In this document: in pieces, positions 1 to 9,937 of the stretch | Numbering within the stretch: the first letter of the stretch is position 1 | Layout of the letters: each line of letters starts with the position of its first letter | NCBI GenBank assembly: GCA_048885865.1 | Contig: JBHLLF010000005.1 | Location: 1 to 64,000 of the forward strand | Source: Candidatus Hermodarchaeota archaeon | GTDB taxonomy: Archaea; Asgardarchaeota; Thorarchaeia; Thorarchaeales; Thorarchaeaceae | Length of the DNA: 64,000 nt | Direction: 5' to 3' | The notes under the pieces: generated by a model | What the model saw: only the letters and a program-made list of their open reading frames with translations | What the model was told of the DNA's origin: nothing | Databases searched by the model: none | Made by a program: the position numbers and the translations under genes

Positions 1-76
1 ACCCATAGATGAGGAGAATGAGTCCTATGGCGAAGATACCCACATTCGCCAATGCGAGAACCAGCTGCATCGCCAT
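1..76 (-). CDS. 5' end of a membrane protein gene running off the window (possibly Ca2+/Na+ antiporter-like)
   Basis: Manual translation from ATG at 76: MAMQLVLALANVGIFAIGLILLIYG, hydrophobic and open to the window edge. Confidence 0.5.
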   Translation of the reverse strand, partial: MAMQLVLALANVGIFAIGLILLIYG

Positions 77-248
77 TGTCTGAAACCCTACTGTTTCATT
101 CGATTGAGTTCTTTTTGCTATTTCAGGTCTATGAAGATATCTGAATGACCTTGGGTGTAATCCAGATTCAATTTAAGAGAGGGTTTCACCAGTTGGCACA
201 TTACTCGCTAATCCAGTACTCTCCTCTGCCACTACTGGAAGAGAGAGA

Positions 249-2423
249 TTGAACATAGGAGGTCTGCTGAGAGTGACAGCAGAAACGACTGGAAATGGGA
301 AGAATCTACCATCAAGGGCAACCAGAGTTCTGCGGCCTGTAGTCCTGATAGCCGGTGTTCTGACAATTCACATGTTCTTCTTCAGTTTCATAGCTCTGAT
401 TATCGGTGTAGCCTTCTTTCTACTATCCAAAGAGCCAGTATGGAAGCGTCATGGAATAATCATGGCAGCCTGTGCGAGTGTCAGTACCTATATTGCGGAT
501 CACGGACTGGGCTTATCTCCATTGAAGCTGGCCTTCTTTTATGGTACCATTCCGTTTGTGGCCTACCTGGCAGTCCATGTTGTGTGGGAGATCTTTCTGA
601 GGAAACGGGTTGACACGTCGCGATGGACAGACAGGTTGTATGCTTCCGCAAAATCCCTGCCGCGACTAGCAAAAATGGTGGCTATGCTTCTCATTGTCCT
701 GGCACCAGTCACACTCTGGTCAAGCGTAAACATCAATCTTGGAGTCATGTTTGACAACAGACCCCGGCTGCTATGGGTGAACGTTCCATCCGTTGCAGAC
801 ACTGGCTCTGAGTTTACCATCACTGTTGAGGCTTGGGATGCATATGAAAGACTGAGTGCTGTCTATAAGGGCACAGTCCAGTTCTCACTCGAGTCGTATA
901 ACCTGACCACCTATGGAGCGGTTCACGGTGTATCTGCGGACCTACCCAATACCTATACCTTCTCTGGGCAGACTTTCGGGTCTGACATCGCTTATGAGAT
1001 TAATGATGGAAAAGACAATGGCATGCATATGTTTACAGCAGCCATAGACACCCCTGGCATTCATTATCTACTGGTAGAGGACTCCGTGACTGAGAACATC
1101 TACTACAGCAATCCCATAGTTGTAAGGGACTTGCTTGATACTGACCCCCGCATCTATTGGGGTGACTTGCATGCACATTCAGAGTTATCTGATGGTACAG
1201 GCACTGCAAGACACTCCTTCTACTACGGAAGATATGTCGCATGCCTGGACTTCATGGCACTCACTGATCACGGGGAGATCATGATGTGGACCCCTTGGTC
1301 AGTCGATATACTTGAAGCTGAAACAAACATGGCATATGACCCAGGGCATTTCGTCACATTTCAGGGGACAGAGTGGACCGATGTTGTGACTGGGCACTAT
1401 ACCTGCATATTCAACGGTGACCAATTGATCAAAGACCCAGTTCTCTCCTACCTCTCCCTTCCAACGCCTGATACACTCTGGGCCGCTCTTGATGACTTCA
1501 CAGAAGCCACCAGCTGCAGCGCGCTAGCACTTCCCCATCACACAACACAACTGGCCTACATCCAAGACTGGACATATATGAATCCTAAATACGTCAAGAT
1601 TGCAGAGGTTGCCTCAGTACATGGGGCATTTCTCTATGAGCAGAGGCACTCATTGAATTATGTGGGCGCAATTGATCCTCCACCCGAGTATGTGAACGGA
1701 TCCTCCATCATGGATGCCTTCAGGATGGGCTATCGAATGACTCTTTATGCATCAAGTGATGAACACGATGGACATCCAGGACATTCTCTGAGCCACACGC
1801 CTGCATATGTCGGACACCAACGGCCTTGGAGCATGTGGCAAACGCGCAACGAGCACCCCTATCCTGGAGGGCTTGTTGCTGTCTATGCAGAGAATCTCAC
1901 TCGAGAGTCCGTCTTCTTCGGACTGGATGCTCAGCGTGTCTTTGCAAACTCGGACCATGGTCGCCCAATCATTGACTTCTCAATAAACGGCACACGAGTT
2001 GGCGATGGTTCAACTCTAGTGGCAGCTAATGAGCTAGACCATCGAGAAATCACTGTGTTCTTGGCTCAGGATGGAGCACCTGCAGGATCGGAAAGCACCG
2101 CCACTTCAGTGACACCTGACTGGAGTCCTGATTGGGGCGCTACAATTGAGATAATCAAGAACGGAGAAATCCTTACCCAAATTCCCGTCACCAGTCCTGT
2201 AATCAATGTCACCTATGTTGATACCACAACAATAACTGGAACTTCCTACACGGATAGCTGTGTTCTGAGAAATGGACAATACTATATCAACAGCTACAGT
2301 GAAAACCCCATTGACCCCCTGGAGCTTCACACAGGCGGCATGGATTTCTATCTAATCCGCGTCGTAGCCAACAATGGCCGAATCAGCTATGCAGGTCCAA
2401 TCTGGGTCGAAGTGTCAAGCTAG
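249..2423 (+). CDS. Membrane-anchored DUF3604 / PHP-family metallohydrolase
   Basis: N-terminal TM helices; YWGDLHAHS..SDG, DFMALTDH, GTEWT and SSDEHDGHPG metal-binding motifs; true start may be slightly downstream. Confidence 0.75.
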   Translation: MNIGGLLRVTAETTGNGKNLPSRATRVLRPVVLIAGVLTIHMFFFSFIALIIGVAFFLLSKEPVWKRHGIIMAACASVSTYIADHGLGLSPLKLAFFYGTIPFVAYLAVHVVWEIFLRKRVDTSRWTDRLYASAKSLPRLAKMVAMLLIVLAPVTLWSSVNINLGVMFDNRPRLLWVNVPSVADTGSEFTITVEAWDAYERLSAVYKGTVQFSLESYNLTTYGAVHGVSADLPNTYTFSGQTFGSDIAYEINDGKDNGMHMFTAAIDTPGIHYLLVEDSVTENIYYSNPIVVRDLLDTDPRIYWGDLHAHSELSDGTGTARHSFYYGRYVACLDFMALTDHGEIMMWTPWSVDILEAETNMAYDPGHFVTFQGTEWTDVVTGHYTCIFNGDQLIKDPVLSYLSLPTPDTLWAALDDFTEATSCSALALPHHTTQLAYIQDWTYMNPKYVKIAEVASVHGAFLYEQRHSLNYVGAIDPPPEYVNGSSIMDAFRMGYRMTLYASSDEHDGHPGHSLSHTPAYVGHQRPWSMWQTRNEHPYPGGLVAVYAENLTRESVFFGLDAQRVFANSDHGRPIIDFSINGTRVGDGSTLVAANELDHREITVFLAQDGAPAGSESTATSVTPDWSPDWGATIEIIKNGEILTQIPVTSPVINVTYVDTTTITGTSYTDSCVLRNGQYYINSYSENPIDPLELHTGGMDFYLIRVVANNGRISYAGPIWVEVSS

Positions 2424-2490
2424 ATCCGGTCGAACGAAATTGAAGCCGTAGTTCAATGAGACTAAATGCACCGAGGGCTCTACCGAAAGG

Positions 2491-2510
2491 CTATTAACAA
2501 TTGTTAATAG
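2491..2510. promoter_or_regulatory. Perfect 20-bp palindrome overlapping the putative TATA box of the iron permease (candidate metal-repressor operator)
   Basis: CTATTAACAA-TTGTTAATAG, preceded by purine-rich GAAAGG (BRE-like), 10 nt before ATG 2521. Confidence 0.7.
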
Positions 2511-2520
2511 ATTGATAAAC

Positions 2521-3405
2521 ATGATAGTTGCTCCGACGATTGTATCCCTCAGAGAAGGTATTGAGGCCGCACTGGTAATCGCCATCATGCTCTCATACCT
2601 ACGCAAATCTGGGCGAGATGATCTAAGACAGTTTGTTCTTGGAGGAGCTTTTACTGCAATCCTCGCCAGTGTTGGGGTTGCACTCGTGATGGGCTTAGTC
2701 TGGGGCATTCTTGAAGGCCCAATCCTAGCTACCTTTGAGGGGGTCGTTGTTCTCATAGCGGCACTTCTATTGACAACCATGATTATATGGATGTGGAAAG
2801 CGGGTCCTAATGTTTCTTCAGAAATAGAGGAGTCGGTTGAGAGAAGATCTCTTAGCCAGAGTGGTATTGGAGTTGCACTCCTGAGCTTTGCTCTTGTGAT
2901 GCGGGAGGGCGTTGAGTTGGTCCTATTCAGCATGGCTCTGGTAATTCAGGAAGGGCTACAGGTGTATCTAGGAGTGTCTCTTGGACTATTGATTGCTGCA
3001 ATCATAGGATTGGGAATCTATCAGGGTTCGTTGAGAATCAGTCTGAGGTCGTTCTTCAAATGGACCTCAGCCTTTCTCATCCTGGTTGCCGCAGGGATGG
3101 TAGCCTATGGCATCCATGAACTGCAAGAGGCTGGTCTACTTCTTATTGGACCCATTGAGGTGTGGAACATCAATCCTCCAGTACTTCCTGATGGGAGTTA
3201 TCCATTGCTCCATGACAAGGGTCTGATTGGTGGGTTGCTAAAAGCCATGTTTGGATACAATGGAAATCCATCATTTCTGGAAGTGACTGCCTATGTCCTG
3301 TATCTGCTGATACTCGCCGGATATTATGCATATCAGCAGCGTGCATCATCGGCGAACATTGCAATCAAGACTCACGCGGAAGCTGCGCCCCAAGTTCCTG
3401 CCTGA
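2521..3405 (+). CDS. FTR1/EfeU-family high-affinity iron permease
   Basis: Two REGxE motifs (LREGIEA, MREGVEL), multiple TM helices, GIHELQEAG. Confidence 0.9.
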   Translation: MIVAPTIVSLREGIEAALVIAIMLSYLRKSGRDDLRQFVLGGAFTAILASVGVALVMGLVWGILEGPILATFEGVVVLIAALLLTTMIIWMWKAGPNVSSEIEESVERRSLSQSGIGVALLSFALVMREGVELVLFSMALVIQEGLQVYLGVSLGLLIAAIIGLGIYQGSLRISLRSFFKWTSAFLILVAAGMVAYGIHELQEAGLLLIGPIEVWNINPPVLPDGSYPLLHDKGLIGGLLKAMFGYNGNPSFLEVTAYVLYLLILAGYYAYQQRASSANIAIKTHAEAAPQVPA

Positions 3406-3647
3406 TGTTTTCAAAGCTCATCAATCCATACATAGAAATACACAGATTCGCACAACCAGAATGAACTAGAGAGTAAACTGATTACTTTGTGTTCTTCATT
3501 ACATGTTAGGAACACTCAAGCCTTGTAATTTGTGTCCAGTTGGGATACCAGAATAGAAAGGCACTCAAGTTGCACCTCTAAAATCAAATCATAATGAGGG
3601 GAAAAATAAAGATGAAAGTAAAACAACGGAGAGAGGGTGCTAGACAA

Positions 3648-4466
3648 ATGACAAAAGCCCAAAGACCGAGGCTCACCCTGAAGGAGAGAGTGCGCAAGGA
3701 ATTGGAGCAGAATGAATTATGCGCTATTGCCTTTGACGAACTTGAGAACGACATAGAGGTCCAAGCTCTACTTGAAGATTCAAACCGTATGGCCATAGAT
3801 AGGATGGGCTATTCAGATCATGGCCATACTCACTCGTTGATTGTGGCACAGAATGGAGTCCGCCTTTTCAGAGCACTTGTCAAGGGGCTTCAACCTTCAA
3901 TTGTACAGGAGGAAACAGGCACACAACAGGATGCAGAGTTAATCGTCTTTGTTGGCTGTTACCTTCATGACATAGGAATGGTAGTGGCCCGCGAAAATCA
4001 TGATATATTCACTGTGTTTTTGGCCACGCCCATACTCGATAGAATCTTAGAGAAAGCATACCCAAAGGATCGCCACAAACAGGTCCATGTTCGTGGACAC
4101 ATTCAGCATGCGATCTATACCCATGACATTGCAGCTCCGCCTCTGACTGTCGAAGCTGGCATTGTGGGAATCGCGGATGCACTCGACATGACGAAAGGCC
4201 GTGCAAGAATCCCGTTTGAGGCTGGAAGTGTTAATATCCACTCTGCGTCAGCCATGGCAATTGAACGAGTGAATATTCGCCAAGGTGAGGAGAAGACGGT
4301 TCGAATTGAGGTCATCATGAATAATGCATCGGGAATCTTCCAGATTCAGGAGCTACTGGAAAAGAAGGTGAGAAGCTCTCCTGCACTTCTGGAGCATATA
4401 GAGCTCTATGCTGTCATGTCAGCCAAAGAAGAGTCAATCTTGGAAGAAGAACTCAAGGTTTTGTAA
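3648..4466 (+). CDS. HD-domain phosphohydrolase
   Basis: DHGHTH, YLHDIG, GIADALD motifs; start placed at the ATG after GAGAGGGTG. Confidence 0.85.
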   Translation: MTKAQRPRLTLKERVRKELEQNELCAIAFDELENDIEVQALLEDSNRMAIDRMGYSDHGHTHSLIVAQNGVRLFRALVKGLQPSIVQEETGTQQDAELIVFVGCYLHDIGMVVARENHDIFTVFLATPILDRILEKAYPKDRHKQVHVRGHIQHAIYTHDIAAPPLTVEAGIVGIADALDMTKGRARIPFEAGSVNIHSASAMAIERVNIRQGEEKTVRIEVIMNNASGIFQIQELLEKKVRSSPALLEHIELYAVMSAKEESILEEELKVL

Positions 4467-4613
4467 AACAGTCATAGATTTGAGAGTGTTGAGTCGTTAT
4501 TCGGCGATTTCGAACGCCTTCAATTCCGAGTTCGTTCATAGCAGCTAATATATATGTACGATAGCGCGCATCCCTTGCTGACTCTTCGTCCATCATAATG
4601 GAGCTTGTTACCA

Positions 4614-5051
4614 ATGACACTTGACGATATTGACGAGAAAATCATCTCGATGCTACAGGACGACGGACGCCGATCGTATAGTGAAATCGCTGAAGCCGCA
4701 AAGAGGACTGAAGTGACCATTCGTCGCCGAGTAAAACGACTCATCGATGAGGGATACATCAAGAAATTCACTGTTATCTTAGACCCCATGAAAATGGGAC
4801 GCAAAATCCGTGCCATCATTCGAGTTAAGACAGTGATGAAAGAGGCCACAGTTATCTCTAAGAAAGTCCAGCATTTCAGCGAAGTGGACGAGGCCTATTT
4901 CTTGGATGGCGCATGTGGAATAATGCTCAAGGTCACCGTAGACGACCTAGCAAACCTTAGAGAGTTTCTCGAACTGAAACTTGGCAAGGTCCCCGGTGTA
5001 GGCGAAATAGAAACTTGCATTGTTCTTGAAGACATCAAGCCTCCATACTAA
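4614..5051 (+). CDS. Lrp/AsnC-family transcriptional regulator
   Basis: LDDIDEKIISMLQDDGRRSYSEIA...RRRVKRL HTH plus C-terminal RAM-like domain. Confidence 0.92.
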   Translation: MTLDDIDEKIISMLQDDGRRSYSEIAEAAKRTEVTIRRRVKRLIDEGYIKKFTVILDPMKMGRKIRAIIRVKTVMKEATVISKKVQHFSEVDEAYFLDGACGIMLKVTVDDLANLREFLELKLGKVPGVGEIETCIVLEDIKPPY

Positions 5052-5073
5052 TGGTAGAGCGTGGTGATTTCTG

Positions 5074-5499
5074 GTGCAACTTGTGCTGCGCCTGTCTGAG
5101 GATGATCTGAACAAACTACATGCGCATGCTGAGCAGAGTCTGCCGCTTGAAGCCGCAGCTCTTCTGTTTGGTTTTGCTAAGGATAATGATGTAGTTGTAA
5201 GTCATATTGAACTTGTGCCGAATACTGCGAAGTCAAGAACGTCTTTCTCAGTAGATCCCGAAACAGAATACAGGTTTCTTGTAGAGGCCGAAGAACGGGG
5301 AGAGGACTTAGTTGGCATTTTTCACTCACATCCCGCACCTCCTAGACCCTCCTCCAGTGACCTGCGAAATATGTCTCTGAATCCAGTAGTCTGGGTGATC
5401 TCCTCAAAATTAACAGGGAATTGGGCAAGTCGTGCATTCATTCTAGATGAAGACAACTTGGAAGAAGTTGAACTAGACCTGAAAAAGCTCACGTCTTGA
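5074..5499 (+). CDS. JAMM/MPN+ (M67) metalloprotease, desampylase-like
   Basis: Catalytic E (PLEAAALLFG) and GIFHSHP..PSSSD JAMM motif. Confidence 0.88.
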   Translation: MQLVLRLSEDDLNKLHAHAEQSLPLEAAALLFGFAKDNDVVVSHIELVPNTAKSRTSFSVDPETEYRFLVEAEERGEDLVGIFHSHPAPPRPSSSDLRNMSLNPVVWVISSKLTGNWASRAFILDEDNLEEVELDLKKLTS

Positions 5500-5797
5500 G
5501 TCCCTTATGTGTGCCTGATGTTTTCTTGGGCTCGAACGACACTCTGGTCCTTCCTATTGACCCTATTAGAACCGCCGAGGTTATCACCTGTTCCAGTAAC
5601 GCTGCATTGCATTGGAGTATGCCAATCCCATTGTCTTCGTTGTACTCGCTCAGATATAGTCTGGAGTCAGCAACTGCTACCTCACCATAAAGAGAGAGCA
5701 GGTTCTTCCTAATTTCTGTAACAAGCTGTTTGTCATTGACTGGATTGCCTTCCCTATGCAGACAGAACCGAAGATAGCGCTTTCTTCGACCTTTCAT
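5489..5797 (-). CDS. rnp2: RNase P protein component 2 (Pop5/Rpp14)
   Basis: RRKRYLRF N-terminus, LYGE, GILQC, KTSGT; follows Rpp30. Confidence 0.85.
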   Translation of the reverse strand: MKGRRKRYLRFCLHREGNPVNDKQLVTEIRKNLLSLYGEVAVADSRLYLSEYNEDNGIGILQCNAALLEQVITSAVLIGSIGRTRVSFEPKKTSGTHKGLKT

Positions 5798-6483
5798 TCG
5801 GTTCCACCTCTTTTGACCACCTCAATGCCGGGTGCTATGAAATCTGGACTCAATCGCTTTCTGTTTCTGTCAATGATACCTTGTGGTCCCTCATGAACCG
5901 CCGTCTTTGTATAGCGCCAATCCAAGCCAAGCAGTAGTCCTGCATATCGCATTGCAGTCGGCGATCTCATGGACGTCACGTTCTTTGAGCCGCTTGAGAG
6001 AATCACCTGCATTTTAGCTCCCACAGCAGTGTTCACATTCTCTCTGAAGACTTTGATAATTTTGGACCTTGCCAAGCCAGATGACTTTAGAAGTGGTCTT
6101 ATAGGGATTTCAAGTGCCGTGCCTGAAACAGCAGCTAGTTTTGCAGTACTCTCTCGCAAGATACACTCATTATTGGGCTTGTCAAGGGTCAAGAGGTCTA
6201 TACGCTCATCCTCAGCAGCCCAGTTTGCAATATCTACTCCTCGTAGAGGGATTGCGACCACGGCCGCGCTTGAACGCGCCTCTTTTACAGATTTCTTTGC
6301 AGCTCTGAGACCGCTCTCTGGCAAGTCTGCTCGTGTAAATAGATTCATACCACTTTCCAGAGTCACAAAGGGCTCGTCCCTGTCCAGAGATGTGGTGAAT
6401 CCAGTCCATCCAAGTTTTGCTGCCATTTTGACAAAAGAGTCCAAGTTCTTTGAGGTTGGGCTCACATTCAAGTCAATTGGCAT
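5794..6483 (-). CDS. rnp3: RNase P protein component 3 (Rpp30)
   Basis: IDLNV, RIDLL, ALEI, ILSSGS..MRSP motifs; conserved operon position. Confidence 0.85.
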   Translation of the reverse strand: MPIDLNVSPTSKNLDSFVKMAAKLGWTGFTTSLDRDEPFVTLESGMNLFTRADLPESGLRAAKKSVKEARSSAAVVAIPLRGVDIANWAAEDERIDLLTLDKPNNECILRESTAKLAAVSGTALEIPIRPLLKSSGLARSKIIKVFRENVNTAVGAKMQVILSSGSKNVTSMRSPTAMRYAGLLLGLDWRYTKTAVHEGPQGIIDRNRKRLSPDFIAPGIEVVKRGGTE

Positions 6484-6498
6484 CAGTTCACCTCGACG

Positions 6499-6945
6499 CT
6501 ATTGCAGACAGTCAGTCAGGAATATCTCTGCATCTGAGCGAAGACATCTTGGATATTCTCTCAGATGAACTCTAACACTGATTACGTCAGAGTTACTTGC
6601 CAGCCTTATTTCACCAAGATACGATGCCTGCTTATCAATCCTGAGAAAGAGAACACATTGGTCGTCTAGTCTTCGAGAGAGTGTCCTCCTTAGGGTCTTT
6701 CTCTCCTTTTCTGAAAGACTCTCAATAATTCTGGCGAAGGTCTGCGCACAATATGCCTTCTTCTCAATGGAAGCGAGAATGACGATTATCTCGGTATTCT
6801 TGTGACTTTCTGTTGCTTCAGCCTCAATCTCAACTGAATCTCGCAGTTCTTCAGGATAGAGATTCAGGACTGCCTCAGTTACCCTCTCGACTATTTCAGT
6901 GCCCCTTGAGTACGCACGCGCCTCAATTTTGCTGATAAATGGCAT
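6499..6945 (-). CDS. RNA-binding protein of the rpl15e-RNase P operon (DUF54-like)
   Basis: TE..ERV..A..NL and LFLRIDKQASY.G motifs; between rpl15e and rnp3. Confidence 0.75.
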   Translation of the reverse strand: MPFISKIEARAYSRGTEIVERVTEAVLNLYPEELRDSVEIEAEATESHKNTEIIVILASIEKKAYCAQTFARIIESLSEKERKTLRRTLSRRLDDQCVLFLRIDKQASYLGEIRLASNSDVISVRVHLREYPRCLRSDAEIFLTDCLQ

Positions 6946-6974
6946 TCACGAGTCCCCAGTGGGAGTCTAATGTA

Positions 6975-7559
6975 CTATTTGCCGACGTTACCCTTTGCAC
7001 CAAGGGACGGCCTGATCTTTTCAGCACCTCTTCCCTTTCTTCTAAGTCCTCTACTACGCTTTCCAGATGATGTGAGTCCGCGGCTCTCCCTGCCTTTCTG
7101 AACAGGATCGCAAATCCAATTGATTTCTGGATCGTTGTAGATGACTGGATGATTTGGGTCGACCAGAATGACCTCGTGCCAAACCCACTTGTGATCGGAG
7201 CCTACCCAGTAGGAGTTTAGAACACGGAGGTTTGGATACTTTCGAGCTGCTCTCTCTTCAGCAATCCACCGACGGGATTTCTGTGGCGTATACTTAGTGA
7301 CACCCATACTTCTTGGCTTTCTTCCCATTCGTGGCCTTGGTTTCTCTCTTGGCCCTCTTCCAGTCTTGATTCTCGCGACTACATAGCCCTGCTTTGCTTT
7401 GTAGCCAAGCGACCGTGCACGGCCTAGCCTTGTAGGCCTATCCAGCTTTACAATGGCGCCTTGTTTTCTCCAGACAATCAGTCTGCTCTTTACTATCTCG
7501 GAACGCTCTTGCTGTTCCTTAATCCAACTCTCATTCATGTGCCTGTATGCTGTAGGCAT
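6975..7559 (-). CDS. rpl15e: 50S ribosomal protein L15e
   Basis: RPTRLGRARSLGYKAKQG, NLRVLNSYWVG, RGLTSSGKRSRGL. Confidence 0.98.
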   Translation of the reverse strand: MPTAYRHMNESWIKEQQERSEIVKSRLIVWRKQGAIVKLDRPTRLGRARSLGYKAKQGYVVARIKTGRGPREKPRPRMGRKPRSMGVTKYTPQKSRRWIAEERAARKYPNLRVLNSYWVGSDHKWVWHEVILVDPNHPVIYNDPEINWICDPVQKGRESRGLTSSGKRSRGLRRKGRGAEKIRPSLGAKGNVGK

Positions 7560-7590
7560 GAAACTACCATCCTTTGTTGTAATTCATTCG

Positions 7591-7652
7591 CTTTGTTTGT
7601 GGTTCAGCCTCTATGGGCCACATCCCTTGCGGACGTATCCGCCTAAACAAAG
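7591..7652 (-). promoter_or_regulatory. Structured 5' leader of rpl15e (eL15-type ribosomal-protein leader candidate)
   Basis: Minus strand: CTTTGTTT/AAACAAAG closing stem, GCGGA-TACG-TCCGC hairpin, GGGATGTGG...CTGAACCAC arm. Confidence 0.65.
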
Positions 7653-7728
7653 GAAATGGTTTGGCTTTTCAGCCACTGTCTTTCCCATGTAATTCGCTTT
7701 TAGGTGTAGCGATTGGTCTCCCAGTGCA

Positions 7729-8640
7729 TCATTTGAACTCTGCAATCACTTTCTCTGCTGTAAGCTCCCCAACTCTGACCTGAGCCTCTGAGGTAGATGA
7801 TGATACATGCGGAGTGGCAATCACCTTTGGATGCTTGACTAGTCTCCAATCGACAGGCGGCTCTTTCTCAAAGACATCAAGCGCAGCACCAGCGATTTTG
7901 TTCTCGTCCAGGGCCTTGAGCAGAGCCTGTTCGTCTACGACTCCTCCTCGGGCTGTATTGATGAGAAAGGCTGACTCCTTCATCATCTCTAATTCCTTCT
8001 TGTCAATCAACCCTCTCGTTGCAGGAACAAGGGGGACATGCAAGGTAACATAGTCCGCTCGCTTGAGTAAGTCCTCCATTTCTGTTCTTTCAGCACCATA
8101 CTCTACACATGCCAAGTCAATGTCCACGACATCACAGGCTAGAACTTCCATATCGAGCGCTCTTGCTCTCCTTGCCACTTCGCATCCTATTCTACCAAAA
8201 CCTATGATGCCCAATGTCTTCTGCCAAAGCTCAGTGCCCTTTAGCTTCTTCTTTTCCCACCGTTCATCCTTCATTGAGCTGTCTGCGAAAGTCACGTTTC
8301 TTGATAATGCGAACATGAAAGCAATGACCATTTCCGCAACTGATACCGTTGGTGCTTCAGGAGTGTTCAGTACCTTGACACCCTTGTCCTTTGCAGCCTC
8401 AAGGTCGACATTGTCTAACCCCACGCCTGCCCTGACAACAAGCTTCAACGCATCCGCTGCATCGATGACGTCTCTGGTCACTTTTGTGGCACTGCGTACC
8501 ACAATGCAATCGAATCCCTTTATCTGGTCTTCAACCGGACCGTCGGTTTCACTATTCCTAATCACCACATCATGTCCCGCATTCTTCATCTTGGCAACAG
8601 CGGAATCTGCAACCGGATCGGCAATGAGTATACGTACCAT
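7729..8640 (-). CDS. serA: D-3-phosphoglycerate dehydrogenase-like D-2-hydroxyacid dehydrogenase (no ACT domain)
   Basis: VRSATKVT, RAGVGLDNVD, GIIGFGRIG, INTARGGVVDE, DVFEKEPP, TPHV. Confidence 0.85.
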   Translation of the reverse strand: MVRILIADPVADSAVAKMKNAGHDVVIRNSETDGPVEDQIKGFDCIVVRSATKVTRDVIDAADALKLVVRAGVGLDNVDLEAAKDKGVKVLNTPEAPTVSVAEMVIAFMFALSRNVTFADSSMKDERWEKKKLKGTELWQKTLGIIGFGRIGCEVARRARALDMEVLACDVVDIDLACVEYGAERTEMEDLLKRADYVTLHVPLVPATRGLIDKKELEMMKESAFLINTARGGVVDEQALLKALDENKIAGAALDVFEKEPPVDWRLVKHPKVIATPHVSSSTSEAQVRVGELTAEKVIAEFK

Positions 8641-8746
8641 TGTATGATACTCTCCAAACAATAGAGTGAGCTTGGGCCGTAGGAGGTTCATCTTAAGTTT
8701 GGTGGCCACGACATTTACTTAAGCATCAAATATCTCCCCCAGCGTC

Positions 8747-9286
8747 ATGAAGATAGAATGGAGGCCAACCACTGCAGTGGTGCCTTGTCCTGTAATTCTC
8801 CTCAGTGTAGCGGGCGAAGACCGACCAAACATCATCACATTATCTTGGGTCGCGAATGTATGCAGCAATCCTCCTACAGTTGTTGTTGGAATTAGAACCC
8901 AGCGACACAGCTATGAGCTGGTGAAGAACGCTGGCGAATTTGTCCTCAACATTCCGTCCATTGCTCAATTGGATGCTGCAGAGTTTGCAGGAACCAAGTC
9001 CGGGCGTAACCATGACAAGTTCAAGGAATGCAATTTAACGCCTGTTCCTGCGACGAAGGTCAATTCGCCAATGATTGAGGAATGCCCCATCAATATCGAA
9101 TGCAAGGTCATCAAGGTTGAGAGCGCTGGCGTACATGACGTATTTACAGCTGAGGTCGTTGCCGTCCATATAGATGATTCCGTTCTTGATGAGAATGGAC
9201 GATTCGTCACATCCAGAGCGCAGCTTTTTACATATCTGCCATTGAATGGAGAATACTGGTCTCTAGGCAAGCTTTTGCAGGCATGA
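8747..9286 (+). CDS. Flavin reductase family protein (flavoredoxin-like)
   Basis: PCPVILLS, NIITLSW, GEFVLNIP, GTKSGR..DKF, ECPINIEC, HDVF. Confidence 0.9.
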   Translation: MKIEWRPTTAVVPCPVILLSVAGEDRPNIITLSWVANVCSNPPTVVVGIRTQRHSYELVKNAGEFVLNIPSIAQLDAAEFAGTKSGRNHDKFKECNLTPVPATKVNSPMIEECPINIECKVIKVESAGVHDVFTAEVVAVHIDDSVLDENGRFVTSRAQLFTYLPLNGEYWSLGKLLQA

Positions 9287-9291
9287 GGGCT

Positions 9292-9732
9292 TTATGGTGT
9301 ACTGATCCGTACATTAATGCCCTCTGACTCCTCCTCGTCATAGAATCTAGGAGATTGCAGCTGGCGTACAGATGTTTCTCCGTCTGAATCGAGGATAATC
9401 CAAGCCCCTCTAGGGACATGATCTTCCTTCAAAAAGACATCAAAGGTGATTCCGGGGAATTCAACGATTATTGGTTCATGTCCAAGCAGATTAAACAACC
9501 CACAAGCCTCTTGAGCTCGGCTGACACTGTCCAGTCGTGTAAGGATTGGTATCCATTCGTCAGTGGCTCCTGACCACTTTAGTATAGGATGTGAATTTGG
9601 CGGCGGCCACATGCCTTTTCGCACTGCGGCATACTCTCCTGTACCAAGTTCATAGATTGTAGGTGCTCTACCTGCTCTTGCAAGAAAAGTACCGTGTGCC
9701 TTAGCATCAACAAGTGTAAGAAAAATCTCCAT
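9292..9732 (-). CDS. Hypothetical protein
   Basis: 146-aa ORF with GGTGA SD upstream; no recognised motif. Confidence 0.6.
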   Translation of the reverse strand: MEIFLTLVDAKAHGTFLARAGRAPTIYELGTGEYAAVRKGMWPPPNSHPILKWSGATDEWIPILTRLDSVSRAQEACGLFNLLGHEPIIVEFPGITFDVFLKEDHVPRGAWIILDSDGETSVRQLQSPRFYDEEESEGINVRISTP

Positions 9733-9937
9733 TTACTTCACCGTTGTGTGTACTCGACAGCACTTTGTTGTTGCAGAAACTGAGAAATCACACATCATCT
9801 GATATGCTCAGAATTGTCACAAAATTGCAAAAGGAAAGCCAGAGATTGTGATTCGTCTGCATTTTCCCACAGGAGTTTAAATTGGACGATACGTCACAGT
9901 TGTGGTTTGCCTGATAGGTTCTGATTTATCACTATGC

